Shown here piece after piece: positions 41,210 through 55,239 of a stretch of 64,000 bases of DNA. Origin of the DNA: Octopus vulgaris (taxonomy: Eukaryota); the NCBI GenBank assembly GCA_951406725.2, contig OX597814.1, positions 28,830,001 to 28,894,000 on the forward strand, read 5' to 3'. Each line of letters starts with the position of its first letter. The first letter of the stretch is position 1. The position numbers were made by a program, and so were the translations under genes. The notes beneath the pieces were generated by a model. That model did no database searches and was not told the DNA's origin. It worked only from the letters and a program-made list of their open reading frames with translations.

Positions 41210-41490
41210 TACTGGAGGCACAAGGCCTCAGATTTGTGGGGAGGGGACTAGTCGATTACTTCGGCACCAGTGTTTCACTGGTACTTAATTTATCGACCCG
41301 AAAGGATGAAAGGAAAAGTCAACCTCGGCAGAATTTGTACTCAGGACGTTGCGACCTTCAAATTCCACCGAGGTCGATTTTGCATTCCATCTTTCGGGAT
41401 TGATAAGTTAAGTACCAGTGGAACACTGGTGTCGATATAATCGACTAGTCCCCCCGCCCACGCATTTGAGGCCTTGTGCCGCCAGTAGAA
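41210..41490. mobile_element. Two SINE family A fragments in inverted orientation
   Basis: Minus copy at ~41210-41350 and plus copy at ~41357-41490. Confidence 0.65.
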
Positions 41491-41532
41491 ATAATAACAA
41501 TAATAGCACATGTCCTCCACAGGACCAACATG

Positions 41533-41582
<50 letters not shown>

Positions 41583-41586
<4 letters not shown>

Positions 41587-42140
41587 GAGTGGGAGAACAG
41601 TGCATGCCATCACTGGAGTAAAATATACGAAGCCCAGTATACCCATCATGACTACCCGTCAGGTAAGGGCACACTAGGCACATGCATCACAACCATATGT
41701 GCGCGACATGGTGATCCCCTATCAAGATAAACAGTGCGTTACATTGCAGGTGGGACTCAGAATTTTCTTCAGGTCTAGTAGCCCATCTCGCTCAAAAGGT
41801 CCCTAGATAAGGGTTGTTTAAGTGTGTTGAACGAAATCCCCATGTTTCCAAGGGTGAATTATCCAAACCCCAAAGAATTCCTCTCAAAACATGGCTATGA
41901 TGCTCACTCATCACCCTTAAACAAACCTTATTCAGGGAACTTTTGAGTGGAATGGGAACTTTTGAGCGGATCTTTTGAGCGTCCTGAAGAAAATTATAAC
42001 TGGGCTTCACCTGCAAGGTCATGCGCTGTTTATCTTGGTATGAGATCCCCATGTCGCGCAGATATGGTTGTCATGCATGTGCCTAGTGTACACTTATCAG
42101 ACGAATAGTCATGATAGATATATCGAGCTTCGTATATTTG
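41583..42140. repeat. Inverted pair of family D copies
   Basis: Minus copy at ~41583-41915 and plus copy at ~41915-42140. Confidence 0.7.
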
Positions 42141-42149
42141 TATCATTTT

Positions 42150-42526
42150 TTTCTTTTATTCTTTTACTTGTTTCAGTTATTTCACTGCGGCCATGCTAGA
42201 GCACCACCTTTAGTCGAACAAATGGACCTCGACTTATTCTTTGTAAGCCTAGTACTTATTCTATCGGTCTCTTTTGCCGAACACACCAACATCGGTCGTC
42301 AAGCGATGGTAAGGGAACAAACACAGACACGCACACAAATACACTGACACACACACAAACACACATACACGACGGGCTTCTCTCAGTTTCTGTCTACCAA
42401 ATCAAGGCTTTGGTCGGCTCGAGGCTATAGTAGAAAACACTTGCCCAAGTTGCCACATTGTATGACAGAACCTGGAACCATGTGGCTGGGAAGTAAGCTT
42501 CTTACCCCCCACCCACGCTGTGCCTA
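42150..42526 (-). mobile_element. SINE family C (diverged)
   Basis: Matches the family. Confidence 0.72.
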
Positions 42527-42760
42527 TTTGTTTACTTTTCTATTTTTTATTTTTTCCTTTTTTTCTCTGTCTTCCTCTTTTTCTCTCTCGCATGACTTTG
42601 TAAATGAACAATCTGGTGTGTTTGTTTTAATGGCCTACCAATGTATACAGTACGTTTCTATGCTCTAGGTGTCAGGAAGACACTCGGCAAGAAATGGAAA
42701 CAGAATTGAAAGAAGACGCTAATGAAAAAGAAAATAATAATAATAATAATAATAATGATG

Positions 42761-42801
<41 letters not shown>

Positions 42802-42802
<1 letters not shown>

Positions 42803-43097
42803 GGGTTTGAATAGTTCACCTCTGGAAATATGGGTGGTTCTTTCTACATCCTTAAACAACCCTTATTCAGGGACCTTTTGAGCGGGATGGGCTACTCAAC
42901 CTGAAGAAAATTCTAACTGGGCCCCACCTGCAAGGTCATGTGCTGTTTACCTTGATATGATATCACCATGTCGCGCACATATGGTTGTGATGCATGTGCC
43001 TGGTGTACCCTTAACAGACGGGTAGTCATGAAGGGTATATGGGCTTCGTATATTTTACCCCAGTGTCACTTTGATGACATGCACAGCTCTCTCACTC

Positions 43098-43146
<49 letters not shown>

Positions 43147-43398
43147 TGTTTCGTTCAACATCCTTTTCAGGGACCTTTTGAGCAGGATGGGCTACTCGAC
43201 CTGAAGAAAATTCTAACTGAGCCCCACCTGCAAGGTCATGTGCTGTTTATCCTGATATGAGATCACTATGTCGCGCACATATGGTTGTGATGCATGTGCC
43301 TAGTGTACCCTTATCAGACGGGTAGTCATGATGGGTATACTGGGCTTCGTATATTTTACCCCAGTGTCACTTTGATGGCATGCACTGCTCTCTCACTC

Positions 43399-43400
<2 letters not shown>
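42802..43400 (+). repeat. Two copies of a ~280-bp (TAA)n-tailed repeat (family D)
   Basis: Near-identical copies, each ending CTCTCACTC-(AAT)n. Confidence 0.8.
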
Positions 43401-43442
<42 letters not shown>

Positions 43443-43444
<2 letters not shown>

Positions 43445-43990
43445 GAGCACTTGCAGAAAACAGCACTGCTTGAAACCGCTCGAATACTCCGGAAGGTGCT
43501 CGAAAAATAAGAGGTATTACCTTAGTTCACTGGTAGTGATTGATGACACTGTAGTACATCTGTGCAAAGGCAACAATAATAACAACAATAATAATAATAA
43601 TAACCTTTAACCTTTAGGATGGACAAACAACAGTGCCTAATATTCGACGTAGCAGTGCTAGGAGATCAACATATTATCATGGAAGAAAGAGAAAAAGTTG
43701 ATAAGTATGGACACCTGAGAATTGAGATCGCTAAGATGTGACAGCTAGGTGAGTCGAACATAAAGATTATCCCTATTGTCATCGAAGCATTGGGTTCAAT
43801 ACCACCCAATCTGAAAACCTTAGAAATACCCTAGAATCTATATGTATTGCAAAAGTCGGCATTACTTGGAACTGCACGCATATTGCGTAAAGCACTGTCT
43901 GTCTAAGGTCCTTGTTGTGACTTGACAAACAGTAAAAACCCCCAGTAGACACAATATCTTCAACGAACAACCTCACGATATTGTATATTA
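43443..43990 (+). pseudogene. Two R4/Dong-type LINE 3' fragments separated by (TAA)n/(CAA)n
   Basis: EHLQKTALLETARILRKVL; IPIVIEALGSIP...LQKSALLGTARILRKAL. Confidence 0.75.
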
Positions 43991-44212
43991 TGCGACGTCT
44001 ATTATAATAATGATAATCCGGAAATTTTGAGGGAAGGCACTAGATCACCTTTTCCAGCGATTTCGAGGGCCACCTCCCAGTGGTGTCGGGCGTCGACGGA
44101 GAGCCCTCGACTACAACAAGACGACCAAAGTTTTTTTTTTTCGAAGGTCTGGGGGTCTCCCACCCCTAAAACCCTAGACCATCACCTAATCACCCTTACC
44201 CGTCTTGTTGCT

Positions 44213-44576
44213 TAACAACAACAGCAACAAGCAGCAGCAGCAGCAGCAGTAGCAGCAGTGGGGCCAAAGAGTCAATGACAGCAATAAAAACCATAGGAAC
44301 ATCACCGAGAACAGTAACAGCAACGGAGGTAGCAACAACAACAACACAAATAGTAACAGTGACCAAACAATAGAAACAACAACAGCAACAACAACATAGC
44401 AACAGCAACAACAACAATAACAATATGAGCGGCAGTAGATATAACAAAGGTAGTTCAATTAATTAATGCAGTCATACAACAACAGGAGCATCACCACCAC
44501 CGGCAACAACAACAAAAAAAGCAACACCACGACGACCACCACCACCACTAACAACAAGAGCAACACCGCCACCACC

Positions 44577-44608
<32 letters not shown>

Positions 44609-45264
44609 GAGCAACACCACCTCCAACAACAACAACAAGAGCAACACCAGCACCACCACCACAACCAACAACAACAAGAGCAACACCACCACCACCACCA
44701 CCACAACCAACAACAACAAGAGCAACACCAGCACCACCACCACCAACAACAACAACAACAAGAGCAACACCAGCACCACCACCACAACCAACAACAACAA
44801 CAAGAGCAACACCACCACCACCACCAAAAACAACAACAACAACAACAACAACAAGAGCAATACCACCACCACCACCAACAACAACAACAAGAGCAACACC
44901 AGCACTACCACCACAACCAACAACAACAACAAGAGCAACACCAGCACCACCACCACAACCAACAACAACAAGAGCAACACCACGACCACCACCAACAACA
45001 ACAACAACAACAACAGCAACACCACCACCACCAGCACCAACAACAACAACAACAACAAGAACAAGAGCAATACCACCACCACCACCAACAACAACACCAC
45101 GACCACCACCACCAACAAGAGCAACACCACGACCACCACCACCAACAAGAGCAATAATCGACATCGTTTAGGATGGAATTATCAGCAGCAGGAGAAGCTG
45201 GAGAAGCAGAAGCAGAAGCAGTTACATCAACATCAGCAACAGCAACAATGATACAAACGCTAGC

Positions 45265-45314
<50 letters not shown>

Positions 45315-45711
45315 CAGCAGCAGCAGCAGCGATAGCAATGGTTGTAATGACAACAGCATCATCAGTAACAGCAGTAAAAAACCATTGGCAGCAGCTTGAA
45401 AACAACAACAACAACAGCAACAACAATAACAACAGCTGCAGCAGCAGCAGCAGCAACGAAACCGATGACAGCAACAACACATGAAAACAGCAACAACAAC
45501 AACAACAACGAAAAAGAAAGCAACACAAAACAAAACAAAAAACAAAACAAAAACAGGATCGGAAATGTTAGTAGTAGTAGTAGTAGCAACAACAACGCAA
45601 TCGATAGAAAGATGGCACGCCACCACCGCCACCACCACCACCAGCAAAATATTACCAAAAGAAAAACGGCAATCCCTTATTGATTGCATCGATAACCATC
45701 ATCATCATCGT

Positions 45712-45750
<39 letters not shown>

Positions 45751-45810
45751 GTATCATCATCATCATCATCCTCATCATCATCATCATCATCGTATCATCA
45801 TCATCATCGT

Positions 45811-45860
<50 letters not shown>

Positions 45861-45957
45861 CCTCCTCATCATCATCATCCTCATCATCATCATCATCATC
45901 ATCGTATCATCATCATTATCATCATCCTCATCATCATCATCATCGTATCATCATCGT

Positions 45958-46047
<90 letters not shown>

Positions 46048-46248
46048 GTCATCATCATCATCATCATCATCATCGTATCATCATCATCATCCTCGTATCA
46101 TCATCATCATCATCATCATCATCTTATCATAATCATCATCATCATCATCATCGTATCATCATCATCATCATCCTCATCATCCTCATCCTCATCATCATCA
46201 TCATCCTCATCATCATCATCATCATCGTATCATCATCATCATCATCGT

Positions 46249-46280
<32 letters not shown>

Positions 46281-46341
46281 CATCATCATCGTATCATCAT
46301 CATCATCATCATCATCGTATCATCATCATCATCATCATCGT

Positions 46342-46372
<31 letters not shown>

Positions 46373-46692
46373 ACGGCGTCGCCATCACGACCAACGCTAC
46401 AGCTAGTATGAACACCATGTAAATTTACAACAGCAATCCCACTAGCTATGGTATCACCGTCTTAGTAAACACCACCACCACCACCACCACTACCACCACC
46501 ATTACTATCATCAATCAACTATCATCATCATCATCATCAACATCATCATCATCATCATCATCTGCTGCTGTTGCTGCTAATAGCAGTAACACCATTTACA
46601 ATGTCAGTATCAATAAATATCCCACCCATTATCATCACGATTGTCATCATCATCATCATCATAAACATCATCGTCATTAATCGTTGTCGTCG

Positions 46693-46731
<39 letters not shown>

Positions 46732-46859
46732 ATGTCATCATCATCGTCATCATCAGAACCAACTTCGTCTTTATGATTAAGATCCTCATCATCTCATAAT
46801 CATCATCCTTATCACCGTCAGTATCAATTAATATCACGAACATCATCATCACCACCACC

Positions 46860-46934
<75 letters not shown>

Positions 46935-46999
46935 GTCGTCATCATCATCATCATCATCATCTTCATCACCACCATCATCATCATCATCTTCATCACCAC

Positions 47000-47042
<43 letters not shown>

Positions 47043-47215
47043 TTCATCATCATCTTCATCATCATCATCACCATTATCATCGTGAACAACAAGAACCACA
47101 GTAGCAGCCGCAGCCGCAACAACAACAACAACAACAACAACGACGACGACGACAATTGCAGTGTTGTGATGAGCTGTGCCAGCTGTAACAACAACAACAA
47201 CAACAACAAAAGAAA
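44213..47215. repeat. ~3-kb mosaic of trinucleotide microsatellites (AAC, AGC, ACC, TAG, ATC)
   Basis: Directly visible. Confidence 0.95.
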
Positions 47216-47381
47216 ACAAAGAAATAACAGAAACAGGAACAGCTAGTACAATAACAAAAACAAAGCACCAAATAATAATAACGGTTTTGATAATAATAAA
47301 AGGAGAGACGTGATGAACACTAACAGTGTTCTTGGTTATATATTGATCTCTTGGTTGAGTGTTTATTGTTATATATATATA

Positions 47382-47503
<122 letters not shown>

Positions 47504-48456
47504 CATACAGACATATATATATATATATACATACATGCAAGATGGCTGTAAACTTGTAAACGAGTATAACCATCATTGACAAAGCAATGCTTGTGCAAAA
47601 TTTTAAGCTCCAATAAGGCTTGCACAAATACCCCATAGACACTCTCCGTCCAATGAATATGATCCAGAAACCGAGGCAAGTGTTAATATGGGTCACAGGC
47701 TTAGGAATGTGGGAGTCTCATGATCTCAGATGCAAGTCAAAAGAAGAAAAAAAATGGCTCAGGAATGTGAAAGCGCCATAGTCTCCAGCGAAATTTAAAT
47801 AACATCCATCCATTGCCATTCCTGTTATATCCAGTCTTATATCATCAGAGTGACCTTTAACAAAAGTTGAGGGGTGCTTCACTCCCAGTGATCTTCCAGC
47901 ATGCCAGCCACCAACACAGAATTTATGAGTGTCCGTACTATTGCTTAACAGCAGTCGAACTTACGTTTGATTGATTCACGCGCGTCCTTTTTATTTTCAG
48001 TTTTGCTGTGTTAGTAGCAACGTTCTCACCAAGCAAACGCGGTTGGGGTGCCATGCAACGGGTTATACTGAATTCCATGTTACCAGTCGCCCTCGTGAAA
48101 CTTCGCAAGTGACCTGGATTTCCATCCATCCATCGATTCATCCATCCATCCATCCATACATACATACATCCATACATACATACATACGTACGTACATGCA
48201 TATATACAGGCAGGCAGACACTGTAGAACACACACACGCACATATATGAATATATATAACATGATTTGATTTAGCAAATTCTTTGCAATGTAACATTTAA
48301 TGCAATTGATATATCATATATTAATATTTCGGCAAATACATACATACATACATACATACATACATACATACATACATACATACATACATACATACATACA
48401 TGCATACATGCATACATCAACACACGCACACGCACACGCACGCACACACACACACG

Positions 48457-48530
<74 letters not shown>

Positions 48531-48720
48531 AGGCGGCGAGCTGGTGGAATCGTTAGTACGCGGGGTAAAATGCTTAGGAGTATTTCGTCCATCTTTACGT
48601 TCTGAGTTCAAATACCGCCAAAGTCGACTTTGCCTTTCATCCTTTCGAGGTCGATAAAATAAAATAAATACCATCTGAGCAGAGGGATCCAATGTTATTG
48701 ACTTATCCCATCCCCCGAAA
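48531..48720 (+). mobile_element. SINE family A
   Basis: Head and body match the family. Confidence 0.75.
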
Positions 48721-48945
48721 CTTATAGATAAATAGTTACTTTAGTGCATATTTATTTTCTCTGTCAACAAAGCAAATTTTCATGAAGTTGAGAAAAAAAT
48801 ATAATCAGGCTCTCCTCCATAGATACCTTAAAACCATAAACCATTTAATTACGTGTAACAAAAATTTCGCGCCACACGCGCAAGCACGCAAATGCACGCA
48901 CATGCGCACACTGATGCGATCTGATTCAATCCACCGTTTAGCATT

Positions 48946-49105
48946 CTTTTCTATTATAGGCACAAGGCCCGAAATTTTGGGGGAGGAAGCCAGTCGATTA
49001 GATCGACCCCAGTAGGTAACTGGTACTTAATTTATCGACCCCGAAAGGATGAAAGGCAAAGTCAACCTCGGCGGAATTTGAACTCAGAACGTAACGGCAG
49101 ACGAA
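48946..49105 (-). mobile_element. SINE family A, 5'-truncated, with TSD
   Basis: Flanked by AATCCACCGTTTAGCATT. Confidence 0.8.
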
Positions 49106-49164
49106 ATCCACCGTTTAGCATTAACATTACAACCTGCATAGTAAAATAATGTCTCTCCTTAATC

Positions 49165-49745
49165 AACAAGCTATACTATGGCAATCCCTCAAGGTAGAGG
49201 ATGATGGTCTTCGCGCAAATTTATTGGTGAGTCCGCAGGTGACTGATAAGACCAATTCTTGCTCGAAAAGATCGGTCACAGTGCGGACATCTAGTGCCGG
49301 AAGGGAGAGTCGCACGTGGTTGTTGTTGGCGCTCCTTCCGTCGTCGTCTTTTCTCCTCCAGCTCTGCAGACCATTTCGACTCGAAATTCGCCGTTCCCTC
49401 ATGGATGGTGGTTTTCCAGAGTGGTCCGTTTTTTGCCGTTTCCTCCCAGTTGGTGAAGTCAATGTCACACTTTTTGAGGTTCGATTTCAGGGAGTCCTTG
49501 TAGCGTTTCTTCTGGCCTCCTTTTGTACGCTTGCCGTCTTTGAGTTGGGAGTAGAAGATCTGTTTGGGAAGTCGTTCGTCAGTCATTCTAACCACGTGGC
49601 CGCTCCATCTTAGTTGGCCTTTGATGACATAGGCTTCGATGCTGGTCATTTTTGCTTCTTGTAGCACGCTAACGTTAGTTCTTCTGTCTTCCCAGCTGAT
49701 GTTGAGGATCTTCCGAAGACAGCGTTGGTGAAATTTCTCTGATTG
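49165..49745 (-). pseudogene. RTE-clade LINE 3' end with a C2H2 zinc finger
   Basis: QLRWSGHVVRM..RLPKQIFY..GGQKKRYKD..CPHCDRSFRARIGLISHLRTH. Confidence 0.88.
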
Positions 49746-50016
49746 ATTTGCCTAAATCAACAAGCACTTTCTCTATGACAACAAAACTTTGCAAAGGGTT
49801 CTACAGGAACAATATAAAAGCTCATTATTATATTTTGTTGTACAACTGCTATATAAAACAAACTGAACAAACCAGAGAAGAAATACTAGGTTGTGTCAAT
49901 TGTAATTTCGTCAGGTATCAGGTAACTTCAACTGGAAAATAAAGAATTTTAAAAACGCGGCAATACCATATCTTACATCAGCAACACTACATCGCTTGCG
50001 AAGTATATTTGTTAAA

Positions 50017-50416
50017 TCTTTATATATAAAAGTGAAGTTGTGTATCTGTCTCCTACGATTTAGATTCCTAACTACTCCCATATTCTGCGGTGCAGTTTAA
50101 CCAAAACCGGGTATCTTATAGTCGTGATTCATATCGAGCCCTTCTGGGTATTAGCGCGCGTCTACGATGAGTCTACGATAAAAAAAAAAATTACCGTCAT
50201 TTTTTTTCCATTTTAATGCATTTTTTCGCTATTATATAAGGGAAGTAACTCTCTAAAAATGTCTACGATGAGTCAACGATTTAAAAAAAAACTTACCATA
50301 ATTTTTTTTTTTCCATTTTAATGCATTTTTTTGCTATTTTTTAGCTATAACTCTCTAAAAATGCTTATATAGTTATTTCCCTTACAAACCCGAGCAACGT
50401 CGGGCGATACTGCTAG
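50017..50416 (+). mobile_element. Non-autonomous Helitron
   Basis: A|TCTTTATATATAAAA...hairpin...CTAG|T. Confidence 0.87.
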
Positions 50417-50732
50417 TAAAAAAATAAGTCTGTTACTAGCAGCATAGCATGTCCAAACAAATAATGAACAGAAAGAGAGAGAGCTAATGTCGACTTCGAA
50501 GCATAGAAAAAAAAAATTCTTTTATCTCTTTTCAGGGCGACAAAGCGCTTGTGATGTCACACATCACATGAATCATGTGACGCGGTGCTATTTTATGTTT
50601 TTGCGTTAATGACTACGTTGAAAGTCGGCTCAAGTTTTCCAAATACTTGCTACATGGATACAAAGATACTAGAGAGAACAGAATGAGACGGAAATAATTC
50701 AGGCATGATATACATGTGTGTGTGTGTTTGTT

Positions 50733-50769
<37 letters not shown>

Positions 50770-50790
50770 ATGTATGTATGTATGTGTATG

Positions 50791-50856
<66 letters not shown>

Positions 50857-51964
50857 CAGACAGATAGATAAATAGAAAGATAGATATGTTTCTTTATTAG
50901 CCACACAGGGCTGCACACAGACAGGACAAAATTACAAGGTAGAGCTTTTCTTTTGGGGGTAAAAGAAGGGGGTTTGGTTTTCAATCAAAAGGGATCGTAA
51001 ATGGAAAGAAGGAGGACAAAAAAAAGGGGGGGATAAAAAAAATTTAAAAAATAGAAAGATAGATAGAAAGATAGATAGATAGATGCATACACACACACTA
51101 CGCACAACACACACATACATATATATATGGTTTCACATAGAAACTAATATACCATACGATCGTGAGGCTGTTGTCACAAAAGGGCAGTACAATTATTGTT
51201 AGAAGCCCGTTGACTATTTTATGCATCGAGCTAATGTGATTATACATGACATAACACATCGCTATAATATATATAATGTATCACTCTGATTGCATCATAT
51301 CATCGAACCAACATCAATTCTTCTACATAACATACCGCTTCAATTATCTGAAATCCCATGTGTATAAGTAATTTGTCATGTCAATGTGACATCGACACTT
51401 AAATACATAGTTAATACTTCTATCAGTGTGTACCTTTTCATTACATTATCTATCCGGTCAATCGTGACACTTTTTCACAAGGATATACAGGTCTTCTATG
51501 AGTTAAATGTCCCTACTTGCGTCATTCAACTGTACTGTTCTTATCTGTAAGTAAACCCGGGTCAGGTTACGCTTGAATAAATTAACCACGCGGAAGTAGC
51601 CGATTGAATGCTCAAGAGCAACTATTGGTGAAGCACGCCGTCTATGCATATAACATAGCATGTTGGTTTAGATCAAACGCCATCACACAACCACAGTTCT
51701 AACCTCAGATAACACCTTCACCGCTATCTCCGCTTACATTGTGCCTGCGCTTTCAGAGTTTAAAAAAAATAACATGTCCGCATTGCATAGAGATTGTAAG
51801 GTATCTGTTGACTGCTGCATAAAGAAAGTTGAGTTGTTGAATTATATGCTCAGTTGTTGATTCAGTATTTCATGTATCATGTCAAGACGACATTGCAGTT
51901 TAATACATACGTCACGGAACATATACATCGCACTGTGACATAGATTATATATATATAATATATA

Positions 51965-52129
51965 GGCGCAGGAGTGGCTGTGTGGTAAGTAGCTTGTCTA
52001 CATACGACATGGTTCCGGGTTCAGTCCCACTGCGTGGCACCTTGGGCAAGTGCCTTCTACTATAGCCTCGGGCCGACCAAAGCCTTGTGAGTGGATTTGG
52101 TAGACGGAAACTGAAAGAAGCCCGTCGTA

Positions 52130-52169
<40 letters not shown>

Positions 52170-52396
52170 TGTGTGTGTTTGTGTGTCTGTGTTTGTCCCC
52201 TAGCATTGCTTGACAACCGATGCTGGTGTGTTTATGTCCCCGTTACTTAGCGGTTCGGCAAAATAGACCGATAGAATAAGTACTGGGCTTACAAAATAAT
52301 AAGTCCCGAGATCGAGTTGCTCGATTAAAGGCGGTGCTCCAGCATGGCCGCAGTCAAATGACTGAAACAAGTAAAAGAGTAAAAGAGTAAAAGAGT
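51965..52396 (+). mobile_element. SINE family C, full length
   Basis: Matches the family. Confidence 0.87.
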
Positions 52397-52551
52397 ATAT
52401 ATATATATATATATATATGTTTGTTCCACGTCCTCGCGTTGTGTTTTTTGTGCTTTCTTGTTTGGATTAACTTTATAAATATATATATATGTATATCTAT
52501 ATATATATAGAGATATATATTTATAGTTATATTGATATATATATGTATATG

Positions 52552-52583
<32 letters not shown>

Positions 52584-52714
52584 TAAATATATCAACAATC
52601 AAGGAACGGCCATAATAGGCCATTCACCCACTAGAAATAACAGCCAAAGCTTCAACCGCAAATAAAAATTAATTCCGTAAACCAGGAGAAAATTTAAAAA
52701 ACATTTACCCTGTA

Positions 52715-52821
52715 ATTTCTTATACGATGTACCGTTTCATCTGCTGATTAATGGTAAACTAACCTGATTAAATTAAATCAAGCCAATCTTCCAAAGGCCC
52801 TCAGATTCTTCAGTAAGAAAT
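52715..52821 (-). ncRNA. Type I hammerhead ribozyme, copy 1
   Basis: ATTTCTTA-CTGAAGA-ATCTG...CAGAT-GAAA-CGGTACATCG-TA/TAAGAAAT. It has an 8-bp stem I, an intact core, stem II, stem III and a GUA cleavage triplet. Confidence 0.9.
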
Positions 52822-53206
52822 AGCCCAAGTCGGAACAGATATTTTCACGAGGCATTTCCGACCTTGCCAAGGTTATATCTGACCTAAAATTTTCAAATCG
52901 TCGCACTCGCGCCAAATTTATCGGCAGCAAATAAATATAAGCCGTCGATTCCATTACGGAATTAACCAGAAAATTCATAATTAATCAATATAGGGTGGCA
53001 AAAAAAATTTTGTAGAATTTTTTTGCCACCAGCGGCCTAGTGGGAAAAAATTAAATAGTCATAGACCATTTTTAAGTTCAACATCAACATTCAAGGAACG
53101 GCCATAATAGGCCATTCACCCACTAGAAATAACAGCCAAAGCTTCAACCGCAAATAAAAATTAATTCCGTAAACCAGGAGAAAATTTAAAAAACATTTAC
53201 CCTGTA

Positions 53207-53313
53207 ATTTCTTATACGATGTACCGTTTCATCTGTTGATTAATGGTAAACTAACCTGATTAAATTAAATCAAGCCAATCTTCCAAAGGCCCTCAGATTC
53301 TTCAGTAAGAAAT
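53207..53313 (-). ncRNA. Type I hammerhead ribozyme, copy 2
   Basis: Same motif, 492 bp further along. Confidence 0.9.
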
Positions 53314-53698
53314 AGCCCAAGTCGGAACAGATATTTTCACGAGGCATTTCCGACATTGCCAAGGTTATATCTGACCTAAAATTTTCAAATCGTCGCACTC
53401 GCGCCAAATTTATCGGCAGCAAATAAATATAAGCCGTCGATTCCATTACGGAATTAACCAGAAAATTCATAATTAATCAATATAGGGTGGCAAAAAAAAT
53501 TTTGTAGAATTTTTTTGCCACCAGCGGCCTAGTGGGAAAAAATTAAATAGTCATAGACCATTTTTAAGTTCAACATCAACAATCAAGGAACGGCCATAAT
53601 AGGCCATTCACCCACTAGAAATAACAGCCAAAGCTTCAACCGCAAATAAAAATTAATTCCGTAAACCAGGAGAAAATTTAAAAAACATTTACCCTGTA

Positions 53699-53805
53699 AT
53701 TTCTTATACGATGTACCGTTTCATCTGCTGATTAATGGTAAACTAACCTGATTAAATTAAATCAAGCCAATCTTCCAAAGGCCCTCAGATTCTTCAGTAA
53801 GAAAT
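53699..53805 (-). ncRNA. Type I hammerhead ribozyme, copy 3
   Basis: Same motif. Confidence 0.9.
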
Positions 53806-54190
53806 AGCCCAAGTCGGAACAGATATTTTCACGAGGCATTTCCGACCTTGCCAAGGTTATATCTGACCTAAAATTTTCAAATCGTCGCACTCGCGCCAAA
53901 TTTATCGGCAGCAAATAAATATAAGCCGTCGATTCCATTACGGAATTAACCAGAAAATTCATAATTAATCAATATAGGGTGGCAAAAAAAATTTTGTAGA
54001 ATTTTTTTGCCACCTGCGGCCTAGTGGGAAAAAATTAAATAGTCATAGACCATTTTTAAGTTCAACATCAACAATCAAGGAACGGCCATAATAGGCCATT
54101 CACCCACTAGAAATAACAGCCAAAGCTTCAACCGCAAATAAAAATTAATTCCGTAAACCAGGAGAAAATTTAAAAAACATTTACCCTGTA

Positions 54191-54297
54191 ATTTCTTATA
54201 CGATGTACCGTTTCATCTGCTGATTAATGGTAAACTAACCTGATTAAATTAAATCAAGCCAATCTTCCAAAGGCCCTCAGATTCTTCAGTAAGAAAT
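54191..54297 (-). ncRNA. Type I hammerhead ribozyme, copy 4
   Basis: Same motif. Confidence 0.9.
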
Positions 54298-55239
54298 AGC
54301 CCAAGTCGGAACAGATATTTTCACGAGGCATTTCCGACATTGCCAAGGTTATATCTGACCTAAAATTTTCAAATCGTCGCACTCGCGCCAAATTTATCGG
54401 CAGCAAATAAATATAAGCCGTCGATTCCATTACGGAATTAACCAGAAAATTCATAATTAATCAATATAGGGTGGCAAAAAAAAAATTTTGTAGAATTTTT
54501 TGCCACCACGCCAGTGGAAAAAATTAAATAGTCATAGACCATTTTAAGTTCAACTCAACAATCAAGGAACGGCCATTAATCAATATAGGGTGGAAAAAAA
54601 AATTTTGCCTAGTGGGAAAAAATTAAATAGTCATAGACCATTTTTAAGTTCAACATCAACAATCAAGGAACGGCCATAATAGGCCATTCACCCACTAGAA
54701 ATAACAGCCAAAGCTTCAACCGCAAATAAAAATTAATTCCGTAAACCAGGAGAAAATTTTAAAAACATTTACCCTTTGGAAGATTGGCTTGATTTAATTT
54801 AATCAGGTTAGTTTACCATTAATCAGCAGATGAAACGGTACATCGTATAAGAAATTACAGGGTAAATGTTTTTTAAATTTTCTCCTGGTTTACGGAATTA
54901 ATTTTTATTTGCGGTTGAAGCTTTGGCTGTTATTTCTAGTGGGTGAATGGCCTATTATGGCCGTTCCTTGATTGTTGATGTTGAACTTAAAAATGGTCTA
55001 TGACTATTTAATTTTTTCCCACTAGGCCACTGGTGGCAAAAAATTCTACAACATTTTTTTTGCCACCCTATATTGATTAATTATGAATTTTCTGGTTAAT
55101 TCCGTAATGGAATCGACGGCTTATATTTATTTGCTGCCGATAAATTTGGCCCGAGTGCGACGATTTGAAAATTTTAGGTCAGATATAACCTTGGCAAGGT
55201 CGGAAATGCCTCGTGAAAATATCTGTTCCGACTTGGGCT

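Noticed and set aside
52994-53041. Hairpin followed by CTAG in the 492-bp unit as a Helitron 3' end
   Set aside because: Not followed by a TC 5' start, array ends do not coincide with it, and the hammerhead explains the unit better.
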